From assembly GCA_043805855.1 (NCBI GenBank), contig JAZDHP010000051.1, positions 1 to 13,169 of the forward strand: DNA of 13,169 nt, written 5' to 3'. The stretch's first letter is position 1. Each line of letters begins with the position of its first letter. Below, piece by piece: positions 6,901 to 13,169 of this stretch. This DNA is from Candidatus Micrarchaeota archaeon. GTDB lineage: Archaea > Micrarchaeota > Micrarchaeia > Norongarragalinales > UBA8480. The position numbers and the translations under genes are program-made. The notes under the pieces were generated by a model that searched no databases, was not told the origin of the DNA, and saw only the letters and a list, made by a program, of their open reading frames with translations.

Positions 6901-7373
6901 TGGTCTGGAATTCTCTCAAGGCGCTCGCGGATTTCATTTGGAAGGAGTTTACGATCGCCTTCGTAGTAATTTGTTGGCTTGACGAATTTAATTATAACTT
7001 GTTTTTCTCCACAATGCGGGCATTGAGCTGCGCGTTTCACGCTTTCCAAGTCAGTTGCATTTGTCATTACGCGAGAACATTTACGGCAAACTCCCTTTAG
7101 CAACTGGTAAACTGTTTTTGCAAACCCAACGTGAATAACCGGCCGTACAAGTTCAATATGACCAAAGTGGCCAGTGCAGGATTTCATTCTCCCACCGCAC
7201 GATTTACACTTCAACCCCGGGTCTATAACTCCAAGTCGCTGGTCAGCTAAACCGCCTTGAATAGGATAGCCGTCTTCATCGTAAGTGTCAGGCACAGTTA
7301 TTTTCACTGAACTCATTTTACGAGTTTGGTCAGGAGAGAATAATCCAAATTCAATTGCTTCAATTAAACGCAT
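3975..7373 (-). CDS. rpo1: DNA-directed RNA polymerase largest subunit, fused A'+A'' (Rpo1N+Rpo1C), 1132 aa
   Basis: A' motifs (CKSC...[63 protein letters not shown]) and A'' motifs ([53 protein letters not shown]) occur in one open frame. SD GGTGGT at 7379-7384. Confidence 0.98.
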   Translation of the reverse strand: [1132 protein letters not shown]

Positions 7374-7388
7374 TTTTTACCACCATAT

Positions 7389-9209
7389 CTAAGCTTGAGA
7401 TCTTAATTTTAACTTCGGAAATATACCGATACTTTTCATTTCATCCAACAGGAGCTTAAACGCGTAGCTCATTTCCACTTCATGTACACTTCCACTCTCG
7501 CAAACTGGACAAGAACGTTTATTCTTCAATTTATCATGAACTGCAAGCGAACCACAATCTCCACAAACAAGTTCAACAGTTTTGTCAGAAGAGTCAATCA
7601 TTCTTTCTTTCAATAGTGAAGCTGCGCCGTAGCCAATGAAACAGTCACGTTCCATTTCTCCCAAACGAAGTCCACCTTCGCGCGCACGGCCTTCAGTTGG
7701 CTGGTGTGTTAACATTTGCACTGGCCCGCGTGAACGAGCATGCATCTTTAACGACACAAGGTGGTGTAACCTCTGGTAGAAAATGACGCCAACGAAAACC
7801 TTCGCGTGTAACATTCTACCAGTTACCCCATCGTAAAAAGTTTCAAGCCCAGTTGGGTGAAAACCATTTTCCAATAAAGATTGTTCAAAATGTTCTTGCT
7901 TGTCCCCGCGGAAAGAAGTTCCGTTTTTCAATTTTCCATCAAGAGAAGTAGCTTTTGCACCAAGCATTTCTAGCAAGTGGCCAGCAGTCATACGACCAGG
8001 GATAGCGTGCGGGTTAATCATTAAATCAGGCACAATGCCGTCTTTTGTAAATGGCAAATTAACTGGATCTTCCAACAATGCAATTACTCCCTTTTGTCCA
8101 AAGCGAGAAGCAAATTTATCGCCAATTTCAGGAATGTTTGTCTTTCTAACTTTTACCTTTACAAATTTATTTCCAGATAAAGTTTCAGAAATCATAATTG
8201 AGTCAACAATACCTTCTTCGTTTGACCTTACGCTTAGTGAACTCTCGCGGCGTTTTTCCGTTTCCACGTCCAACGCACTAATTTCCTTTAAAAAACGAGG
8301 CGGCGAAGTTTTGCCAACAAGCACTGCACTTGCATCAACTGGCTCTTCCGGCGAAACTAAACCATTTTCATCAAGCATAGAGTAGGCTTCTGGGCCAAGG
8401 TAACCTTGCACGTACTCTTGCGGAACTTCAAAAGAATCTTTTTGCCCACCAGGGTAACGTCGCTCTTCAGCGCTATAAGTACGCAAAAACGCACTGCGAC
8501 CTAAACCACGTTCAACTGCTGCTTTGTTTAACACAATAGCGTCGTTCATGTTGTGACCAGCATAGGAAAGCACTGCAACTACGAAGTTCTGCCCGCTTGC
8601 ACGGCGGTACAATTCCATATTACGATAAACATCAGTTTCTACAAGGGGACGCTGCGGGTAATAAAGTAAATAGCCACGCGTTTCAGAACGTAAGTTAAAG
8701 TTAGAAGCGTATAAACCTAAACTTTGCTTTGTATGTTGTGCTGCCATTAAAACTCTCGGGGCCATGTTGTACTCAGAAAATGGCACTTGACTTGATGCAA
8801 ATCCAAGAATAGCCGCCGGGTCAATTTCTAAGTGAGTGTAATGTCTCTCTTCGTTTTTCAATTTTTCAACGTCAATTGCAATTAATGCATTTTCCTCTTC
8901 TTCAGAGTCAAGGTATTCAACAACCCCTTCTTTTACAAGTGAAGCCCAAGTTGTCTCGCCAGTTTTAATCTTTTCAATATGTTCTTCAGTAAGCATTGGC
9001 TTGTTGTTCTTCACAACAATCACCGGCCTACGCGCGCGGCCTTCGTCCGTGTTAATAAAAACTTCCCCAGTCGGAGTATAGTGAGAAATGTTCACTTGGC
9101 TATCAAGAGTATTTTCACGACGGCGCTCGCGTAAATCTCTAGTTAGCTTTTCACTATTTTCAGTGAAACCAACAAAACGACCATTAATGTAAACACTAGA
9201 TTTTTCCAT
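7389..9209 (-). CDS. rpo2C: DNA-directed RNA polymerase subunit B' (Rpo2C)
   Basis: Begins VYINGRFVG. Contains YLDSEEEEN, GKTSPPRF, GDKFASRFGQKG, PDLMINPHAIPGRMT, QPTEGRAREGGLRLGEMERD and a C-terminal Zn ribbon CGDC...CPVC. SD-like GAGGCTGA at 9216-9223. Confidence 0.98.
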   Translation of the reverse strand: MEKSSVYINGRFVGFTENSEKLTRDLRERRRENTLDSQVNISHYTPTGEVFINTDEGRARRPVIVVKNNKPMLTEEHIEKIKTGETTWASLVKEGVVEYLDSEEEENALIAIDVEKLKNEERHYTHLEIDPAAILGFASSQVPFSEYNMAPRVLMAAQHTKQSLGLYASNFNLRSETRGYLLYYPQRPLVETDVYRNMELYRRASGQNFVVAVLSYAGHNMNDAIVLNKAAVERGLGRSAFLRTYSAEERRYPGGQKDSFEVPQEYVQGYLGPEAYSMLDENGLVSPEEPVDASAVLVGKTSPPRFLKEISALDVETEKRRESSLSVRSNEEGIVDSIMISETLSGNKFVKVKVRKTNIPEIGDKFASRFGQKGVIALLEDPVNLPFTKDGIVPDLMINPHAIPGRMTAGHLLEMLGAKATSLDGKLKNGTSFRGDKQEHFEQSLLENGFHPTGLETFYDGVTGRMLHAKVFVGVIFYQRLHHLVSLKMHARSRGPVQMLTHQPTEGRAREGGLRLGEMERDCFIGYGAASLLKERMIDSSDKTVELVCGDCGSLAVHDKLKNKRSCPVCESGSVHEVEMSYAFKLLLDEMKSIGIFPKLKLRSQA

Positions 9210-9257
9210 TTTTAATCAGCCTCAATTATTCATTCAACCTTTTCCAATTTACCTAAT

Positions 9258-10733
9258 TTATAATTTTACCGAAACGCCAAGTTGCTTTAGCGCATCTTCC
9301 ACTGGCTTTTCGCCAGTTCCATTTGTAACTTCACAGAAAATAGAAAGGTTCTTCACAAGCCCACAGTTTGGACCTTCAGGAGTCTCGTTTGGATCCAAGC
9401 GACCAAAGTGCGTCCCGTGCAAATCACGAGCCTTGTGGTGCGGATGCTTCTTTGCCAACGGGCTAGTTACACGACGCAAGAAAGACACTGAAGAGATAAA
9501 ATTGTACTTGTCAATTGGCTGACAAACTCCAGTATGCCCGCCAACCCAGTTTCCAGTTGCAAACGCGTACTTTATACGGTCAGTAAGCGCATCTGGACGA
9601 ACAACAACGAACATTGACAATTTTCTACCGCGAACATTCGCACGTTCAATCTGGTAACTTATATCCTTCACGAGGAATTGAAACGCGTATTTGAAAAGTT
9701 CTTCCATTAACTTACCGCTTATTTTCAAACGCTTGTTAGCATAGTGATCTTTAGATTCACTTACACGCTTTCCATACGCGACGTTAATAGCACGTTCAGC
9801 CATTCTACAAAGGTAAAACGCTTTTGCCGTTCTACTACCTTCATCAACCCCAATATGCGGAAACAAGTAGTGATCAAGGAGTAATTCAGCGCGGCGAACT
9901 TGGTAATTAACCGGCTGTCCAGGTGCTGCCCTTCGTCCAATAATTTCAAGCGCCTCGTCTTTTCCCTTTGCTTCTATAACTTCCAAATTAAGCATAACGT
10001 CGTTGTGAATTTCAACATCTTCAGTAAACGCTTCAAAAATCTTAGCCGGCGTAGCAAATCCAAGCGCCTTTAATACTAAAACTAATTCAAGAGTCTTACT
10101 GTAAGAAGGCATTGAAACTGAAATTTTTCCCTCTGCAGAACGTTCAACAGTACAACGCCCACGAAAGCCCATTCTAGTTGAAAACACTTTTGCCTCAACA
10201 ACTTCCTTTGCCTTGTCTTTACTTACCAAAATACGATTCGGCGCCAAATCTTCAAGCGTCATCAACGCTTTTTCAGTGCCGTTAATAATAAAATAAGCGC
10301 CCAAGTCAACTGGATCTTCACCCATTTTTACAAGCTCTTCCTGCGTTTTGCCATACAAGTAGCAATTTTTACTCTTTACCATTACTGGAATTTCGCCGAC
10401 AAACACGTCTTCAGTTCGCTTTTCAACTCCCTTTATAACTGGCGTAATCTCGAGGAAAACAGGCGCAGTGTAAGAAAGGTCACGCATACGCGCTTCCATT
10501 GGATAAAGTGGACGACGAGAGCCGTCTGCTTCAGTAATCATTGGCTTTTCAACACGGATTTTGCCAAGTTTCAATTGCATTCCTTGAATTTGCGGTTCAA
10601 TAAGAGGCTGCGAGTCAATAACTTTTTGCATTCCCTCGTGAATAAATTTATTATAAGAGTCAAGAAACTGCTTCACTAAACTATTGTCCCTCAAGTAAAG
10701 TTCCATTAATTGCCCGCAAGTGTTTCCATCCAT
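9258..10733 (-). CDS. rpo2N: DNA-directed RNA polymerase subunit B'' (Rpo2N), 491 aa
   Basis: YPMEARMRDLSY, GEIPVMVKS, GAYFIINGTEK, KDHYANKRL, ATGNW, ARDLHGTHFGR, ETPEGPNCGLVKNL. Start revised to ATG 10733 (preceded by GAGGAATGTGG) because the longer ORF runs into a T-rich spacer. Confidence 0.97.
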   Translation of the reverse strand: MDGNTCGQLMELYLRDNSLVKQFLDSYNKFIHEGMQKVIDSQPLIEPQIQGMQLKLGKIRVEKPMITEADGSRRPLYPMEARMRDLSYTAPVFLEITPVIKGVEKRTEDVFVGEIPVMVKSKNCYLYGKTQEELVKMGEDPVDLGAYFIINGTEKALMTLEDLAPNRILVSKDKAKEVVEAKVFSTRMGFRGRCTVERSAEGKISVSMPSYSKTLELVLVLKALGFATPAKIFEAFTEDVEIHNDVMLNLEVIEAKGKDEALEIIGRRAAPGQPVNYQVRRAELLLDHYLFPHIGVDEGSRTAKAFYLCRMAERAINVAYGKRVSESKDHYANKRLKISGKLMEELFKYAFQFLVKDISYQIERANVRGRKLSMFVVVRPDALTDRIKYAFATGNWVGGHTGVCQPIDKYNFISSVSFLRRVTSPLAKKHPHHKARDLHGTHFGRLDPNETPEGPNCGLVKNLSIFCEVTNGTGEKPVEDALKQLGVSVKL

Positions 10734-10837
10734 TTCAACCACATTCCTCAATTTGTTTTTCTGCACATTTGTTTCCAGTGAAAAACAAAAAATAAAAATC
10801 AAAATAAAAATAAATTGTAATAAAAATTACAAAAAAG

Positions 10838-11128
10838 CTACACGCCTACAACTAAACGATAGTAAGCATTTTCAGTGCCGGTAACTAAACTCCTGCGAGT
10901 AAATTTCACTACGTTTCCCGGTGAAAGTTTCAAAAACGCAATTGCCGGATCTGCAGAGTTAATCAACGGTAATTTATCCCGCGTAATTCCCTGCACGTCA
11001 ACAAGTTCTTTTAATTCAGCTTCGCTAGCAACATCAACATCAGGCACAAGAACGTGTTCAAGCTTCTTAGCTTCAACAACAGGAATAACAATTTTAGACT
11101 TTTTCTTAACAGTGGACTTTCCTGCCAT
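10838..11128 (-). CDS. rpo5: DNA-directed RNA polymerase subunit H (Rpo5), 96 aa
   Basis: HVLVP...LPLINSADPAI...PGNVVKFTRRS...YYRLVV is the Rpb5 C-terminal/RpoH signature, and the gene has the canonical position upstream of rpo2N. Start revised to ATG 11128 with GGGGT upstream. Confidence 0.95.
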   Translation of the reverse strand: MAGKSTVKKKSKIVIPVVEAKKLEHVLVPDVDVASEAELKELVDVQGITRDKLPLINSADPAIAFLKLSPGNVVKFTRRSLVTGTENAYYRLVVGV

Positions 11129-11290
11129 TAGTAATACAACCCCTTTCAAACCAAACGTGCAAATAGCTTAGGCTAGAGATAAAAACAACTAATTTAACAA
11201 AATAACAGCTTCCAACCCAAAAATCGCCTTTAAACAAGCATAAAGACCGCTAGTACTTCCAAAATGCAAGCTTGGTAAGTATTTACTCAA

Positions 11291-11312
11291 GAGAAAGTTT
11301 AAAAACCTTGCG
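11291..11312. promoter_or_regulatory. Candidate bidirectional BRE/TATA element between the divergent rpo operon and the 11353 gene
   Basis: Plus strand GAGAAAG-TTTAAAAA; minus strand CGCAAGG-TTTTTAAA over the same bases (11298-11305). Confidence 0.4.
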
Positions 11313-11352
11313 CTTCTCCCGTAAAACGCAAAAACCGTAATGTTTTTAGAAC

Positions 11353-12009
11353 TTGAACTCCATAAAGAACAACGTGAAAAACTATCAGTTGCTACTTCAA
11401 ACTAGTTCGCTTGTTGAAAAGGGGCTAGTTGTAATGCAAGAAACAATCCATTTAACCCCGCGAGATACAGCGCCGCTGCACATACTAGCGTGGAACTATC
11501 AACAGTTGCAAAGCGCGTTTACTTCTGCGTTGAATAACAACTACGCTGCTGGGATTGTCAACGTGCGCGCTGCTTTTGAAGGCATTGTATTCATGCGAAA
11601 GTATCGCACCGATAAAAAAGCAGCTGCAAAGTGGCTTGAAGACTTGGAATATAATAGCGATAAAACTCACGCTATTATTTTGGAATTGAAAAAAACCGAC
11701 GCGAAGTTCACAGAATATTACGAGCACTACCGCGCGCTTTCCAAACTTTCACACCCGTACCCAAAGACGCGGTTGTTGCTTTCAAAAACGCAAAAAGGCA
11801 GAAGGCCAATTAACTACAATAACGATTTTAACGAAACGTGGGCAACAGTTGTACTTGCTGAGATTTTGTTCGCAATTGTAAATTCACTTAACGAAATCCA
11901 GCCAGTTATAAACGCACAAACACCTTACGGTAAACAACTCGCAACTTTCCAGCACACTTTTTCCAAACAAGCTAACGTAGTTTTCAAACAATTGCAGAAA
12001 AATATTTAG
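11353..12009 (+). CDS. Helical hypothetical protein, DUF5677/HEPN-like
   Basis: NNYAAGIVNVRAAFE (R-x3-E) and YEHYRALSKLSHP (Y-x2-LS-x3-H) match the pattern I associate with DUF5677-type proteins. Start uncertain (TTG 11353, or ATG 11434 with upstream GGGG). Confidence 0.55.
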   Translation: MNSIKNNVKNYQLLLQTSSLVEKGLVVMQETIHLTPRDTAPLHILAWNYQQLQSAFTSALNNNYAAGIVNVRAAFEGIVFMRKYRTDKKAAAKWLEDLEYNSDKTHAIILELKKTDAKFTEYYEHYRALSKLSHPYPKTRLLLSKTQKGRRPINYNNDFNETWATVVLAEILFAIVNSLNEIQPVINAQTPYGKQLATFQHTFSKQANVVFKQLQKNI

Positions 12010-12021
12010 CACGTGATTAAA

Positions 12022-12240
12022 ATGACAATATTGCAAATTCGCGTTGTAACTAACTCGTCAAAGCAAGAAGTTGTACCTTGTGGAGATTATTTGAAAGTAA
12101 AAGTAACCGCGAAGCCAATTAAAGGTGAAGCGAACAAGGAAATAATCGAACTGCTAGCGCAATATTGCAAAACTGAAAAGAAAAACGTGAAAATCTTAAA
12201 AGGAGCAAAGTCAAAAAGAAAAACAGTAGAAGTGCTTTAA
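12022..12240 (+). CDS. DUF167 (YggU/UPF0235) family protein
   Basis: LQIRVVTNS, LKVKVTAKPIKGEANKEIIELLA and VKILKGAKSKRKTVEV are typical DUF167 motifs. ATG 12022 is preceded by GTGAT. Confidence 0.9.
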   Translation: MTILQIRVVTNSSKQEVVPCGDYLKVKVTAKPIKGEANKEIIELLAQYCKTEKKNVKILKGAKSKRKTVEVL

Positions 12241-12243
12241 TTT

Positions 12244-13140
12244 TTACGTCGTGTGCACTGTGTCGAGCACGTTGCCGTTTTGATCAACTATAACATAAGT
12301 ACGACAATAGAAAGTGTTCTGCGGATCGCAGTCGAACACCGCCATTTTCGCGCCTTTGCCGTTGTAAATCGTGTCGCTCAAACCGAGGAAAATCGTGTCG
12401 TTTGAAACCGTCCTACCGACAAGGTCATCAATTTTTGACATAAAGTTTGACGTTACGTTAACGCTCGCGATGCACTGCTTTGTAACGATGTTACAAATTC
12501 TGCTATTCGGACAACCGCAGCTGGAACAATCTACGCCAGTGCGGTTTTCAGTAACTGTACAATTACCATCGCCAAAAGAATTTACCTTTCTGCACAAACC
12601 ACTTTCAGGCTGGCAATACTCGGTAGCAGTGCACTTGAAGTCGCCGGGGCAGGAAACGCACGTTTCTCCAACGTCAGTAACGTTATTACCACAATATGCT
12701 AATGGCGGTGCGCGTTGAATTCCGCCCGCACTTCCAGTTGCGTGAGAATTTAAACCACTACCCGAAGATGATAAACCCGATTCATCACCGTTACTTTGAT
12801 TTTCAACTGGCTCTTGCGAGTTACTTTGCACTGGCTCGCAGTTAGCTCTTGTAATTTCAACTCCACTTTTTACAATGACTTGGTTAGGATTGCACGTCCA
12901 GTTGCTAACGTCGTCAGATAGAGAAGCACAATTGTACTTACTTTCGTTCACGACGCTGTTGTTGCACTTGTAAAATGTCAAAACGCTTCCGGCACAAAAA
13001 CTACTAGGCAAAACGCACGTTGCGTCGCCTAAATTTTCAATATCCGGCGGCGCTATTGGAATGGGGCTTTTGTTGAAAAACAACACTGCAGCTAGCACAA
13101 TAGCAACGAATATAATTGCAATTTTAATTGAATCTTTCAT
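12244..13140 (-). CDS. Cys-rich, N-terminally anchored extracellular glycoprotein-like protein
   Basis: N-terminal hydrophobic helix IAIIFVAIVLAAVLFF, 20 Cys, CGNNVTDVGETCVSCPGD and FGDGNC...DCSSCGC repeats, a Ser/Gly linker, and 10 N-x-S/T sequons. Confidence 0.8.
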   Translation of the reverse strand: MKDSIKIAIIFVAIVLAAVLFFNKSPIPIAPPDIENLGDATCVLPSSFCAGSVLTFYKCNNSVVNESKYNCASLSDDVSNWTCNPNQVIVKSGVEITRANCEPVQSNSQEPVENQSNGDESGLSSSGSGLNSHATGSAGGIQRAPPLAYCGNNVTDVGETCVSCPGDFKCTATEYCQPESGLCRKVNSFGDGNCTVTENRTGVDCSSCGCPNSRICNIVTKQCIASVNVTSNFMSKIDDLVGRTVSNDTIFLGLSDTIYNGKGAKMAVFDCDPQNTFYCRTYVIVDQNGNVLDTVHTT

Positions 13141-13169
13141 ATTAACTCACTTTATAAATTGGTAACAAT

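Noticed and set aside
4033..8385. Plus-strand ORFs inside rpo1/rpo2C (4033, 4221, 4327, 5368, 5680, 6900, 7900)
   Set aside because: Antisense shadows of highly conserved genes, with no recognisable motifs.
3975..10733. Inteins or a viral origin for the divergent RNAP genes
   Set aside because: No insertions are present (subunits are normal length or shorter), and the rpo5-rpo2N-rpo2C-rpo1 order with SD sites is the cellular archaeal arrangement.
9761..12718. ORFs 9761..9949(-), 10875..11171(+), 11485..11727(-), 12371..12718(+)
   Set aside because: Out-of-frame or antisense overlaps of rpo2N, rpo5, the DUF5677-like gene and the Cys-rich gene.
13151..13158. TTTATAAA as the TATA box of the Cys-rich gene
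   Set aside because: Only 10 nt from the ATG, too close for archaeal TATA-TSS spacing. The upstream context is outside the window.

Overview
Archaeal DNA, most consistent with a DPANN lineage, possibly Micrarchaeota-like (inferred from protein features only, no search run). The core is the RNA polymerase operon on the minus strand: rpo5 (rpoH), rpo2N (B''), rpo2C (B') and one uninterrupted 1132-aa rpo1 gene in which A' and A'' are fused through a 9-residue linker with essentially no foot domain. The polymerase has substitutions at normally near-invariant active-centre positions: NADYDGD instead of NADFDGD, a proline in the bridge helix, and trigger-loop GFTR instead of G(L/V)PR. The usual downstream genes (rpl30e/nusA/rps12/rps7) do not follow. 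In their place is an accessory block with two paralogous secreted beta-rich (S-layer-like) genes duplicated together with their promoter, one carrying a nested 90-aa internal repeat. These flank an AAA_14/DUF4143-type ATPase preceded by a triple TCTAGGTTA operator-like array, and a vapBC-like pair lies at the window edge. Upstream of rpo5 are a helical DUF5677/HEPN-like gene, a DUF167 gene and a Cys-rich membrane-anchored surface protein. No rRNA, tRNA, CRISPR array or transposase was recognised.
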